From contig KZ538898.1 in NCBI GenBank assembly GCA_000934665.2, positions 1 through 42,305 of the forward strand: DNA of 42,305 bases. The letters run 5' to 3'. The stretch comes from Catajapyx aquilonaris. Taxonomy: Eukaryota. Below the pieces are notes generated by a model. The model ran no database searches, was not told the DNA's origin, and worked only from the letters and a program-made list of their open reading frames with translations. Shown one piece after another: positions 1 through 14,600 of the stretch. The translations under genes were made by a program, and so were the position numbers. How positions within the stretch are numbered: position 1 is the first letter of the stretch; each line of letters opens with the position of its first letter.

Positions 1-1579
1 CTCAAAAGGGTGTCGCACTATGATGAACTTTAGGCAGTAAGTGAAAGCCTGTAAACATCATGTAAAGACAGAGCAACAATTAGGGGGGTGAAAAAAAGCC
101 ATTGTTATTACCTCTTTAGCAATTTCAGGTGGCAACTCTGGAATGACTTTTCTTGCCACCACATTTGGCTGCTCTTTGGAGTGTTTCAAGTAGTTCTCGG
201 AGAGACCACCAAGTCGTCCGAAATTGTACATCCAGGTGGTGGAAGCAGCTTTGTAGAGTGGACACCAGGCTAGTTTGTGAACTCTAGAAAATAATATATC
301 TTTGTTAGCAACTGGAACATTAGCTATGGGACACTGTACCTGTCGATGTAAAAGATGCTGTATGCAGGGGTTGGTGGATCGACAAAAGCGGGTGACATGT
401 GTGGTTGAGCGTACTTGCCAAGACTGTACTTGCGACACACATCCTTTACTAGCTGGCGGCGGCCATGCATCACATCTTCTATACTAACATGCTGCACAAA
501 TACATTTAATTAATTGCCTGGTGCCTCACATTACAATATATTTCATGCTGTCATATACTCAGATCCTTAGAAGAGGAAACTTGTTACTTAAGTTACTTAA
601 GTTACTTAAGTAAACAACAAGTTAGCCCCGACGCGACGTAAGTTACAAGACTAAATATATTGAGAGCTTAGACAAACATAATTATTATTGTCGTGCATCT
701 CAGCACAGAGCAATATTTATTCTTGGCGGTACACTTCACAAGTAGTCCACACTGAATAATAATAATATATAGTTATAGTGTATGAAGCAACCGGTTTGAA
801 GGACATGCATCACTCTTAAAATTTTAGAGTACTTTTCCACTCGATCTCTTGATTGATTTTCACTCAGAAGGAGTAATTATTTCACTCACTGAAAGAGATA
901 GTAGTCTCTCATTTATTTTTACTCTCGTTTCGAGTAATATTACACTCGATTTGAGTTAAAGTAAATCTTTGCCTAGGGAAATTCACTCAAAAAAATCTCA
1001 TTTTTTGAGTGACATTTTCACTCGATTTTTTGTCGTATCCAGCTCTGGGTAGTGCACCACAATCTGGCAAATATGAATTCATTACGAAATTAATCCAGAA
1101 GTGTACTATTCTGACAAGAGAAGAGATATTAACCATAAAAATACTCCGTATCTGATATCTGCTTCTTATCATGTCCGCACTCGATTATTTACAATGTTTG
1201 CATTTAACTAGGGGAGAGACAGAGTGGTGCTCTGCCCACGACGACGGTTATGGATTGTTGACTCCAGCAACCAGTGCAATGGCCCAATAGATTCTGCGGT
1301 AAACAAATCGCAATTATCCCATCGTGAAGTGGGGGAACAGTACAGTGCACCATCATGTCTAATTCTACCAACAGCAACATGTTAAAATTATTGTCGGTTG
1401 CTCAAAATAACTATAGAGTTAAACTTCACCTGATCTTCCAACTCAGGCAAAAAATGCCCGTCCTTGTTGAAGGTCGGAAATGTACAGTACAGGTACACCA
1501 CCAGACAGGTCGTGACCAGTATGCCCAAGAGAAGCTTCCGAGTCTGCAGTAAAGCCATGCTCTCCTCAGCTTCCACCAT
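1..1579 (-). CDS. Carbohydrate sulfotransferase (Sulfotransfer_2; CHST8-14/HNK-1ST family), 5' portion, truncated by the window edge
   Basis: Exons with GT-AG ends and consistent phase: 1579(or 1558)-1430, 491-340, 283-112, 48-<1. They encode a type II signal anchor (KLLLGILVTTCLVVYLYC), the 5'-PSB motif LAWCPLYKAASTTW and the start of the 3'-PB motif KFIIVRHPFE. Additional stem exons between 1430 and 491 are not excluded. Confidence 0.9.
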
Positions 1580-2066
1580 CCCTCCTGCAATGCGATGACC
1601 ACTCTGTTGACCACACCAAACTTTGGACCCACGATTGCATCTCCACTGTCTTCTTATCTTCTCGATGCTATACCTGGCTATACCTCTCAGCTCGCTTTCT
1701 CGTCACATACTAGCCTTGAACCTTCTCAGGAAAAAACTTGGCCTTGTAAGACACGCCCGTTTACAGTCTTGGAGGTAAAGGAATATGGACACTTTTGTCT
1801 CAAATATTTTGTCACCTCGTTTTTGGCTGCCTTTCGGGTCGCATATCGTTGGGTCGAAGTATGCTGTAATCTGGGCTACCGGGCAAACTAATTCGGCATG
1901 CAAAGCATCACTCAAGCTTGTAATGGCCGCCTTTCTGCCCCACTTTCACTTGTTGCCAAGACGGTTCAAAAGTCGATGAAACATATTTTCATCCCACACT
2001 CTTCTAACTACTGAACATTATGATTTTTTTATATAATAATTTTTGTCACAGTTTTTTCATTGCCGG

Positions 2067-2172
2067 TACCTCATCTGGGGTGGCCAGTCACGCCTGGGTT
2101 AGTGAAGTCGACTCATAATTATAATACAGGACTCCACTAACAGAGGCATGACTGGCCACCTCATATGAGGTA
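2067..2172. mobile_element. Short foldback element/MITE
   Basis: Imperfect inverted repeats TACCTCATCTGGGGTGGCCAGTCA... and ...TGACTGGCCACCTCATATGAGGTA, with TA at both ends. Confidence 0.6.
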
Positions 2173-2610
2173 ATAAAAAAAACCACATTATTTCGGTAGT
2201 AATGTGCCGGTGCACAATGAGCATATCTCATGTTCCCATTTTGGACACAATCAGTAGCATGCCCTTAATACTCTCCACCAAAATGCCATAGTCACATACC
2301 AGACCCAAATTAACGGCAATCCGGCATTTAAACTAAATGACCAATTACAGGCAATAAAATTTCGGACAAAAGCCATCATGCCACATGGAACTTGGCAATG
2401 AGCAAAAATCGTTTTTTATGTTGTTTTTTTTGCGCATCGATTTGTCCAACCAAAAGGTCGAGCCAAAGGTGGTGAATAAGAAGTGGGGTAAGAACAAGCC
2501 ACAAACACACGCACTGTCCCGCCATCAAAACAGTGGATCGAAACAGTGCAAAGCCTCATTGGTCAGCTCATACCTGGGAGACCAATGAGAACGGTCGCTA
2601 AGGAGAACTT

Positions 2611-5600
2611 ATGGGGAAGAGAAAAAAAAGTATTCCGGAAGAAGTTGGGTTGAAAACTTGGTGGAGTCAGTGCCCTTTCTCAGAACGTGTGTGTCCCAAG
2701 TGACCTGTGACGTAACCTACATGTGATCATGTTGTACGCAGGAGTGGTCAGTAATCCGAATGTGGATGACCTGCTGGACATCAACCTACGAGATGCATCG
2801 GGAAAGACAACGGACGACGATAGTGGGACAGGACATGCATCGGACAGCGATGGAGACTTAGCCCAACCAAGTGACGTAAGTGAACCTCATTTGAAAGCTG
2901 CTCAAGTAGAACTTTGCCAACCTTTAACAATGAGGAAGCAGGGGAATAGATTAAACGAGCAAACAATAATGTGCATTAATCGCTCACTGTCTGAACTTGG
3001 TACTAATTTTGCTTTCTCTTCACGGCTCATTGTATCTAGTTGACAAAGTTCTAAGTACAACAATGCTATTGTTCCGCCTCCGGTTTCTGTATGCGACACA
3101 ACGTGGCCTAATTTCAAAACATGGTTCAACACATAATTAGTGGTCAGCAAATATCAAAGCAGCCATATATTTTTTCAGTAACCTCCTTTGATTGCAGTCA
3201 TTATCCTATAAAAAATGTTCAATAGCCTATTTTTAGACCACTTATCCGCGTGTCAAACAGCCATTTGGACATGCTAGGCCTCGCACCAGAAAAAAAATGT
3301 GTCCTGAAAAATTCTAATTATAATAAATAATTATTTAAAAAACGCAGGAAAGCTTGAGCCTGGGAAAAGAGTGCAACTGTACCGATACTAGCGAGAGCTG
3401 TGGCACAGAAGACCCGATGTACATCTCGGAGGAAGAAGGACGAAGAAGCGAGCCCAGGTCGTACATTCGGAGGTGTCTGGAAAGACATGGAGGTATGCCA
3501 CCCACCAGAGAACAGGAGGAGATCCTCTTGCATTTAGCTAAATCAATGGACGACACCAGAGAGACGTATATAGAAGACGCCCTCATACTTTTCCAGGTCA
3601 GTCACTGCCACATCATGCAATCGGGGATGTTCGGAAATGTTCGGGTCATCTCGGGGATGTTCGGAAATGTTCGGGCCATCTCGGGGACGATCGGAAATGT
3701 TCGGGGCATCTCGGGGACGATCGGAAATGATCGGGGCATCTCGGGGACGATCGGAAATGTTCGGGCCATCTCGGGAAGTTCGCGACTTCTCGGGAAGGCT
3801 TATTTTATGTTAATGAATTACCATGTAATCAAGTCAATGGCACAGTAACTTTTAACTGTTATTGCAAGTATTATGAACTGATATTAGGCGGAAAATTAAT
3901 TTTCGATTCGCAGTTTTCCTTGAAGGTTCATCCAGCTTTTGACCTTCCACTTCTCATAATTTCCCAACGCGCTTTCGTGCAGCATTAAAAACCTCCCAAT
4001 GCACATTAATCAATCTCTTATCATAATCACATTACGTCATTACCACAAAATTATTCTCCAGCGTCATCAAACGAAGAGAGGCCCCCAGTCATTAGCAGGT
4101 TAAGCAGCTTTTAAGTGCTGCCAGTCCCCCCCTCAATGAATTATTCACACCCACCATTGATTATAACTTTGACAGCTTGAACCTATGTCGCAACATGATT
4201 TGATTGAATCAGGTGTTTTTCCCCCTCACCCCTTGTCCCCCCCACCTCACCTGTCCCACCTGAGTGTATAGGTATGACCAGGAGCCTTCCACCGACGGGT
4301 ACAGCCCATTGGGGCTTGGTCTATACTTCCTTCTATCGATTCTTCTCAAAAAAGCGTCTCAGTCCTTCCCTGGCCTCAGTTGATAGTCAGAACTTTTAGG
4401 AGCAGCAGGGGTACCGGGTTCGATCCTCGTTGAATCCTCGTGAATGTCACATGTGAATTTTTGTTGACAGGAGTTGTTGCCTCATCTGACTTCGAGTGGA
4501 CTGGAGTTGTGTACACAGCTGGTCGCACCTAGTGTGGTCCACTGTTTGGGTCATCGGCAACCACTGGTCAGACAGGTCAGTTCTGAAAACATAATTATAT
4601 TGTATAAACGGCTATATGTACAACAATCATCTTCGTACAGTCAGATATCAAAGCGATCGGAAGATATCGCATTTTCACATATTGAACCATGTGCGTGCCA
4701 AGAAAATCAGTGCAGTAAACTCATGTGTGCATTATTAACCTTCTTGACCCAAATCACGTGATGGTGATGGCAAGGTTAAAGTGCGAATGTTAACTATGGC
4801 AGGGATTAGTCGCCCATGTCATGACAAATCGGCATAAATGTGAGGTGCAAACGTTGTGGTTAAATGAATGAGTTAGTATAAACATTTGTGGTTACGTAAT
4901 TAAATCGATAGAGCTGGCTGTACTACGTGCGAATTGATTTTTTCATAACTGTCAACACCCATCAGGTTTAAGTCCAATTTGTTGATAACGTAAGCCCATT
5001 GAAACCACATGTTTCTTCAAGGGTCATGGTCAAGGTTTTTTTCGTTTATAATTCGCCTTAACGTATTTCCAACCGACAGACCTCGCTGACATCCCTCCAG
5101 CGGCTCCTCCAGCGGGTTCTTCAGCAACCTAGAGGTCTCCAGACAGCCCTAGAAGTACTGGTCAAGGATGGCATCGGGCACGAGGACCACGATGTATGTC
5201 GTGAGACCCTCCAGAGTCTGCCTTTCCTGGTGACTCCGGCCATGACCACTCAATCAGAGTCAATGGTCAATGTGATGGAAGCCCTAGCTCGAAAGCTGCA
5301 GGATCCAGCATTCAGAGACAGCAGCATGGCATCGCTCCAACTGATGAGAGAGATGGTCGGAGAGGACCAGATGACCAACTATCTGGACAATATGGAACCA
5401 CAACTTAGGGAAGAGTGTCGTGAACAGTTCAAGAAAGAAGAGGAGGAGATGGACAATCATGTTCTGACCTCATCGTTGGATGAAGATGAATCTGGACAGG
5501 TCAGTTGCATTGAACCATTTTGGTGAATTCTTGGTAGTGAGACAAAAGCACTGTCAGTCACTAGGGCATTTTTGGTGAAGTTCAGTAGCCCGCAGGTTTG

Positions 5601-8600
5601 TCGATACTTTTGTCAGGGACAGCGCATACATCTATCATTGTCAAACCTATCAAAGACTTTCACTACAATCACGTGCAATGTAGGCCTAAAAGTTTTATAA
5701 GCTGACAACTATTGTACTTTTTTGGCTCAATGAATACATTCGTTGTAAGGTCCGGTCCGGTGTCACTGTGTCAGCAACGTTTATTGAAACAGTAAGCAAT
5801 TTTTGTCGACAATGATTATTTTAACTCGTAATAACACGTAATAACTGCAGGTAAACAGTGATGAAGTGAACGGCGTCGAAAGTCAACCGGAGATGTCGGA
5901 AGAACCAGAACCACAAGAAGACCAGACTGGCGACAAATCTGAGCCTGAAGCGACAGTCGATGCTGAACCAGACGACAAATCAGAGGACGAGTCTGACCTT
6001 GTCATGGCTCCAAGCACGAACCAAGAACAGCAGAATTCGCCTGAAGAAGAGCAGCAGAATCCACCTGAAGAAGAACAGCAGAACTTACCTGAAGAACAGC
6101 CTCCTCCACCTCCCAAGTCGCCAACACAAAACCTCAGCACGTACAATCCTCGAAGAAGAAGAAGCCTGAGCGCCCATGCCCGATTGGGGATGATGACCTT
6201 TGACCCCAGCATCTCGACCCCTCCGTACCAATCTTTCGACGAGGGTCACCCAGTGGTCCAAGTCGGACCCGACAATGGAACCAGCCTGGCATTTGGCTTC
6301 ATATCGCCTGTCCTTGCCCACGAACTCGCGTGTAAGGTCAGTGATGCAGATTTTGTTCTACGTGATGCCCGTATTTATTTTGGGGAGACGACTGTACACA
6401 AAACTGCGCCACACAAATTAATCTACGCTGACGTGATTAAGTTGCCCAGTTAAAAATACAACCCTTACCCCGCGGAGTTTGTCAAACACCCTGTACAGTA
6501 CATACACAACTTTAACTAAAAGTTCCAAAATGACGTCATTATTGTAGGCCTACTAATCAACTTTTCGAATATAATATTAATAATTAATTCACAATAAATA
6601 ATTAATAACGATTAATTCACAAAAAGTCCGCTACTACAAGCAGCTACTGCTACTAAGTGAAGGCTAAAAGTAGCATAGCGTTAGACATTATGACGTCACA
6701 TCCGGACGGCCATTTTTGGCGCCATCTTAAAAATTCCAGTCGCACTTAAAACCCCCTCGTTAAATCCGTCTTAAAATTAATGACCCGCGAAAATGGTCGG
6801 ACATTTTCCTCCCCCCCCTTTGAGCCCTGCATATGTCTCGGTACGGTTTTTATTCCCCGTCTTCCTGTCCCCATTTCGCCGGTCATGGCGTGACGTCCCA
6901 CTTGTGCCCTTTCCCCCCCGCTTCAACTCGCGTGATTTCCAAGCTCTAAACAGTCTAACCCAACCCGGTTTCAAAAAAAAAAAAACTAAGCTCAAACCTC
7001 ACCATCTCCGGAAGCCTTTTCATGCAACAACAATCATTATAAATCGAAGCTCCTCTGGACCAATCATAATCGCCGCCTATCAGACCATGTAATTACTATT
7101 GACTCTATGGAAAGCAGGTTGCCTTCAAGTGGCTTATAATGAACAGGTTAGAATATTAGTTGACAAGAGGGTTACGCTTATAGGTTATGTAAAGCTGCCG
7201 TGCTTCCGTTGAGGTTCATAAATCTAGGGTAGGACCTTTTGGGAAGTCAACATTGTTGCAAGATGGAGGTGTTGAGCAAAGATTAATGTTGCGGTAAGGA
7301 GATGGATCCATGCCTTGGAATGGAATGAAGCTGGAGCATTAATAAGCTAATACTGTAGGTATACCTACAGTATTAGCTGTATGCACTGATTATATAGGCT
7401 TACTCATGATGGAGAAGCCGTTGGATAAAGTTTGGTGAAATAGTATCCAAAAAAGGAAGAACGGCATTGTCCGGCTCTGTCTGTCTGTCTGTGGACAGGT
7501 ATCAGGGCCTAAACCGTATGAGATAGCAACAAACTGTTTTCGGATTCGGATTCACCCTGATCGAAATATGCTTCATGGCCACCTTTTGGTGACTGGCCAC
7601 TCCAGGTTGTCCGATTAATCACACTTTTTTAAAATTATGATATGATATAGGTATATAAAATGTGGACGGTGCAGATGGCGCCACACAGATTAAAAATCAT
7701 ATGGGTAACATTAAATTCGCTCTCCGCTTTCATGTTTTTCCACCACCTTATGGACTTATGGGCAACATCGGACCATCATTCCCGCACCCTTTCATTCTCC
7801 ATATTTCAAACGCCCTGTACAGTGACATCAATAAACACTGAAGTATCGACTGTGCACCTGTGCATGTACCACCCCCCAAATAATAGTTAATAATCGAGCA
7901 AACCTGGGTCACGTATAGCCAGCACCAAAAGGTTATCAACATTTAGCATTACACCACAGCAAGATCCAATGTGCAATACGAAAAAACCCTTCGTCCTTCC
8001 TAGAAACCTCTGACCACTCCACACGTTCGTGGAAACATTTTTGGTCTGCACTTTATCACAAGGTATAGCGTGACCTGCACATTTCTTACCCCCACCAGAC
8101 TCACGGCATTTTTAAAAAAATAAAAAAAACATGGCGTCTGATCCCCCTCAGTATTTATATCATATGCTCTATTTGAATGTAAGAGATCGATTGGTCATTC
8201 CCAGGTCGTAGGCCATCTCTTGGTGGGACAGTCCAAGGGCACAGGGGCCATTAGCAAAAAGGTGCAAGATTCGCATCGATTTTACAGCTCCGATGTTTGT
8301 ATGGGCCAGACCCATTGACAAATTGCAGGCTTTGATTCTGATTACTCTTGAATGTACAGGGTGATTCGTAAATGGTCGAAATCCTGGTAAATGTGGCCCA
8401 TAAGTGCGATAAGCTGTTATTGATTGAGGTGGGTAAAAAAATGATTTGAAGGTGCATGCAAAGTTTTGATACGGATGATTAGAGGTGTCTGAAAGTAAAA
8501 ACGGTTGAACCTTGACCGCGTTTTAATGACGAAGAGGGTTTCATTAGCGTGTGCACTCGCACTTGATTAGTATCATTTTCCAGCTGCTCGACACTGGGAA

Positions 8601-11600
8601 ATGTCCCATCAGTAGTGAGCTGTAATTATTTGGGACGTTGTACTGCGGACATTGTTATAGTCTGATTGCAATTAGCTTAATGTACATGACGTTTGATGTT
8701 TTTGTGGTTCCAGGACGACTGGAGGATCCGAACACATGCTGTGACCCAACTGGATGCCCTCCTTCTTCAGCTGAAGGACCCATCAGTGCTGGCTCCTCAC
8801 CTAGGTCCATTTGTACTCCTCCTGGATGACCTGTTGGATGACCCACACTTGAAGGTGGTTCTGGCCACCCTGGATATGCATCAGAGGCTGGTTGATCTTA
8901 TGGGTGACCAGCTGAAACCTCATCTTCAACAATTGGTCCGCTCTCTTTGCAAGCATGTTGGGGAGGAACAGATGGCTCCAGCCAGGCAGAGCAGCTTCAG
9001 GGTGCTCAAAAAGCTCATGCAGGTCCGAACAATGCACTGTGTACTTAGTGTCGGGAAAGTGAAAGCAGAGGGTTTGAAATATGTATGGGCCACTTATGGG
9101 GTCGATACACCGCGGGCATCAGCAGAGGGGGAAATAGACATAGAGACTGGTTTTATAACAATTCTTTCAATACTTCTTGTCGACTTTATTACAACTGTTT
9201 CGGATTGCAGGTGGCGACACCTCAGACAATGATGGAGGTTCTGAGTGAAGGACTGACTGCGAAGAGTACCAGGAGCAAAGAAGCGGTGTTGAACATGATA
9301 ATCTTCGCCCTGCTGACCTTCCCCAGCTATGAGTTTGACCTGGGCTTCTGCGTGGAGGTGGTCAGTCCTCTTCTGCTTCACTCCAAGCGTCGGATCCGCC
9401 AGGCGGTGCTGGAGTGCATCGCGGTGGTGGCGCAGTTCCTGGGGCCATCCAATATGGCGCTGCTGTACCGGGCTGTTTCCAAGGTCGAAGGAAGCAATGG
9501 TTCCAACCAGAACGGGGGTGCCAATGAGGAGCGTGAGGGTCCGATGGTGGCTGTTCTGGCAAGATTGGCACGACGACAACTGCCCCGTTTGTCGTCTGAT
9601 GGTATGGTGCAATATAGCCTCCAGTTGCCTCCATCCAGAAGCACACCACCAGGGGCGGATGTTGACTGGATCATGGCTGGATCCGGTTCGTTTCTTCCAC
9701 CAGCATCTGCCAGGACTGAGCTGCCCTTGGAGGCCATCAGTGCCACGCCATCACAGTCATTCCCAGGATCTCCAGCCACTGGAAGGAGGTACTCGCAACT
9801 TCTATAATCAAGACTATACCGCAAAATCAAATTAGTAGAAACTTGGTCTACCATGCACTCGGTCCCTATACATTTCTTAAGATGACACACAAATAATTCA
9901 TACCTGGAGTCAGAGATTTGTCGCAGTACAGTACTTATGCGCACTTGTTGGCACAATTAAGCAAAGTGCGGCATTAGAAATTCATGTCACACACTGTGCA
10001 CTTTGTTGCCACTTATTATTTTCGCAAAGCCTTTACCTTCAAAATACTGTATACACCATAGGCCCTACTTTAGGCCTATAGTTACTAAATTAAACAAGCA
10101 CTCTTTTTAATTGTGGCAGATTTGCATTTGCTTCCACAAACGCATTCAGCTTTGAATAAGGATTGGTAAAAATAAATTTTTGCAAGAAGCTTATTCACAG
10201 TTTGGTAGGCTAAAGTAAAATTGAGATAAGCCTACACTATAGTATTTTACCAACGGCTTTCTGAATTCAAGCTCTGCAAATTCCATACTGCTTACAAAAG
10301 TGCACATAATTTATTTCAAAATTGCATCGACTGGTGTTTAATTTGCCAAATGGTGGCGTATAATCTCCACTGCAAGTGTACAATAAATATCTCGTGTTCA
10401 ATTGCGCTGTGTGATACCCTCGCAAAGCAAAATGAGTGTCAATGAGATGACACGAGTGGTTGCTTTTTGAACTCGTCGGCAAATCGCGTCATCCCGTTCA
10501 CCGCTATTGAGTCTCCGCTCTTTTAAATCGTGAAAATTTTGGTAAATTGACAGGTAATGAGGGATTGGCTGTAACAGAGGCTGAATTCACATTTAAAAAA
10601 AGGCACGTGTAAACAATTTACATGCCGGTACAGGCTTTTTCATTTGTGCATTAATTATCAAACGACAGTGCCAACATTGAAGCGGGTTCTGTTAATTTGT
10701 GCATAATGTATTCAGTGCTACATGTTGCCAACAATATCAGAACTAAAATGAACAATGTCAGTACTATTCTATTAAAAAGTGGTCAAGGGGTCATGGGACC
10801 GAGGTCATTTCGGGTCAGTTCTTCGCAGATTTGGGTGGCCCAACTTTCCAACAAATTTGAATCAGATCGGATGGAAACTACGGGAGGTATTAGCTATTTG
10901 AACTTTGACCCCTTAATGAAAGGCTTTGCGTATATCTTCGGCTCATTGTTACAGTACACCCTTATAACTCAGAATTCCACTGCATTTGATATGTGCTCTA
11001 CTGATAGGCTAGCGTCAAGTGTACTGTGCATTGGTATAGCAGTGCCCGCAGCTTGAAATTATGTCATCCGGAAACCAACAAGGCACCGGCTGTGTGCTAC
11101 ATAAGTAGTGGGATGTGCATAATACCCACTGCATAAGGCCAGCAGTATGGTGCACTATCCATAGAATTTTCAAGAACCACATGTAGGTCTACTATTTAAA
11201 GAGTCAATGGGACGTCCAGCAAATGACATGTCATTTGCTGGACGTCCCATACATGAGTGTTGCTGCATTACGCCAATTATTTAAACCTGCAGGTTTAAAT
11301 AATTGGCGTAATGCAGCAACACTCATGTATTTGCTGCTCTTTAATTGCCGCATAATGACTGCGTAATAAGCTAGTCATAATGTCTGAATTCGCATAGTAC
11401 TACAAAAGTTTTGCATCGGGGGAAAAGAGGCTTCATTACATAATAAACACGCAGCTTATGCGCATTAATCAACTCCATATACAATAGCTGTATCTCTTCC
11501 TTTATGCGCATAATTTTCTGTAACGTAATGAGAGACCCTTTTGGTACATTATAAATGGGGCAACCAATTTAATTTAGGTGCCCAGCCTTCAAAATGTACC

Positions 11601-14600
11601 TGCATGAAAAAAAGGTATGGAGTATGATGGATATTATAGCTCCGTGCAAAAGGATCGGCCGGTATCTTTCATCACGAGAGTGCCATACTTTCCGGTACCC
11701 GATCCATCATGTGCACCTGTGTACTATGCTGACAATATTGGGTGAAGGTCCATGATGGCACGGGTCATATCCTGAAAATATAGTGTAGCATGATTCAAAA
11801 ACTTAACAACAGTAGCCTATAACTACTTACTACAGCTTAAATAAATAAAGCCATTGAATTGATTCAAAACTTATGGTATTACTTACATTGTTGCAGGTAC
11901 CACCCGGCCCATTCAGCCCGCTCTTCCATTCCTCTTCCAAACTGTGGTGAAAGGTCACTCTCTGAGAGCACCCTACTTCTTCTAAGACATGCTGAAATGG
12001 TAAGTGCCTCTTATGGCCACAAAATGTATGTAATTTTTGAGTCAGGAAGCAGTTTGGAGGAAAAAGGACACATGAATCGATGGGGGCCGATGACCGCCCA
12101 TTTGTTTCAGGACGTTAAAAGACATGGAAGATTTACGGTCGCGTCGCTCACACTTGGGGGTTTCTCTTAAGAGATCGACCCGTAGCGACGACCTTCGTAT
12201 GCCAGAAGCGTGATGCATCTGGGCTGTCAGGGTATGGTTGCCTTGAGAGGGTTGGATCACGGCAGTTTAGATGTAGCGACATCTCTGGAAGGCGTCACTA
12301 AAGCTTGCCTCACCAAATTGTGGGCACTCATTTCATTACTACAGAAACAGCCAGCGGCAAAGGAAATTGGCGGTCAGGACAATTGGCGGTCGGGACTTTT
12401 GGCGGTAAAGGAAAATGTGTGTTGTCGGTAAAGGAAATTGGCGGTCAGTTGAAGTCACACAACTTCAATACTCGGTGGCGATTTGGGTATAACAGACCTC
12501 GGTTATAGAAGACTTTTTTCGCGACGGTCTGTTATATGCGGAGTCAGCTGTGTTATACATTTTTTAAACGAAAAGAATTACACGTACGCCTCTCATCTCC
12601 ATCTACACTACGATTATGCCATACATTATGCAGGCACTTCAGTTACAGCAAAACACGCCATGTAATTCATAGAGCATAATAAAGCACAACAATTTGCTAG
12701 CCGGCTTAACAACGAACAACTGGTTTTTGGGTGGGTGCTTCGCCGCATTCTTTCACATCTATTTCTGTCACACGTTATCGTAGGCCTTTATACAATATTT
12801 ATGCCGCCACAAAGCTCTATTTATGGCAATGCCGCCATTGTTTATAGGAGCTGGGAAATTCACAAACTGAAGTAAAAAAAAAACTGGTTCCACAACCAGA
12901 CATAATCGTCGATTGTCTCCAAAGTTGGCATTATCAGACCTAAATGTTTACGGAACTACTTGTATCTGTAGGAACGGGCATTGAACCCGAACGTACATTT
13001 ATCAATGTACACATTGAGTTACCTAAAAAAAATTACTTGCAATGTTGCCATATTGAAAGTGGGGTATCGTATTACGCAACCCGGTCCGTCACTTGCTTTA
13101 ATGACGTCTCTCATCCGGAGGCCCCTTATGGCGGCTGATTAGCGGTAATTGCCCCTACAGGAACACCAGGTCACGTGATCTGACATCATGTAGGCAACAC
13201 GCAAATCTCCTGCACTTTACAGCCAGATTTCAAGGCCGCTTGCAACTGCAATCTGACGCCATGCAGTTGCCATATATCATTTTCTTGTGTACTATTAGGC
13301 TCCATATAATTGCGCTCTAAAGTAAAATGTTTGGTACACGACAGCCCGTTGAATAATTTCGGTACGGCCATTTGTAAGGTGTAAATTATGCAAGTACTTG
13401 TCACTGCACTTTATCGATTTCAAGTACAGCTTTACACACGAAAGGCGGTACACACTGTATACGAAATAATCAATCTATAGGGTGATATTTGAATGATTGA
13501 TGATTTGATAATTTTTAATCCAGCGTTCGTCCATATTTAATACTTTTTTACTGCCGCATGAAACGCATGGTTCACGCACGTCATGCACGTCATTCACGTA
13601 ATCCTTGAAAGTTCAGGTGAAAGATCCCTTATTTCCAAGCCCAACCACCTGGGGGGGTCTCCTCTGAATATTATCCCCGAGTCATATTGATTGGCGCCCA
13701 ATGTGTGTCCCAAGGCCCGACTGATTCACCTGCAGGTTATAGTCTGTCACCTGGTGCGGGCCGGTGCGTTGATTCCGCATCTGGACGCGTAAGGTTGCAA
13801 GTGTGCGAAAGTGTCGTGTCTGATTGGACACTTTTTTTTTATTTTTTAAAAGTTTATACTGGTGCTGGTGTCACGTTAGGCGCCAATTGCGGTTAACAAT
13901 GTTTTTCTACCAACAATCTAGGTCACTCACATATCAGGCTTGTCTATGGAGTCTATGGAGACGTCCCCATGTGGCCCCGAGCAATTTCTTTACGACCCTA
14001 AAATAGCCTCCGCATTGTTATATTGCAAACGCAGGTCAATAACCAAGCCTATTGGACACATGACACTTTGCGCGTAATGAGACATTATTAGCAGGCAGAT
14101 TCAGAAACAATTGGTTTTAATCCGGGGTCACGGAAAGGAGGCGCCATTGTGTGAAACCTGAGATGGCGTAGGTCCGATTTCAGCAATTTGGCAAACAAAA
14201 GGGGAGTCCAAATTGGTTTTACTGGAAGAGCCATGGGTGTAGTGTTTCGGCGGAAATGGTCGATCGGTAGTATCACTTTAGGCCAGAGAAAAGGACTGTC
14301 CTTACCATCAAGTGGGATTGATTTCCAATGTGGCCTAATTTTGGGGCATATACGACCCATGTGTGCTGTGTGTGCTTTAGGTGGACGCCCCTTTTTGGTC
14401 TCTTATCAAAAGAGGCGAGACTCGATGGCCTGAATTCGCTGGGTGGACACGCGTGGACAGAGACGGGACAGAGGGACACTAATAAGTGTTGGTGACACAG
14501 GAAGTTGAGGCGTGACGAGGATCGGTTTTAGCGAAAGAGTGGGCGAGAAAACTATTAAACGGACTAGGGTTCGTTCATGCTTTCGCTAGCGTAAGCGTGA

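Noticed and set aside
811..1054. Possible CACTA-like MITE (CACT...AGTG with ACTC/GAGT repeats)
   Set aside because: The terminal repeats match over only about 4 bp and there is no clear TSD.
1950..2610. RFX X-box upstream of the ciliary TOGARAM gene
   Set aside because: Only half-sites (GTTGCC at ~1952, GTCGCT at ~2594) are present, with no full palindromic match.
3597..3848. ORF extension with GMFGNVRAIS-like repeats
   Set aside because: It is read-through of an intronic 30-bp repeat past a good CAG|GTCAGT donor.
4368..4440. Functional tRNA gene
   Set aside because: A/B boxes are present but the acceptor and anticodon stems do not pair convincingly.
9094..9956. Long minus-strand ORFs
   Set aside because: They are antisense shadows of a GC-rich TOG exon with no recognisable motifs.
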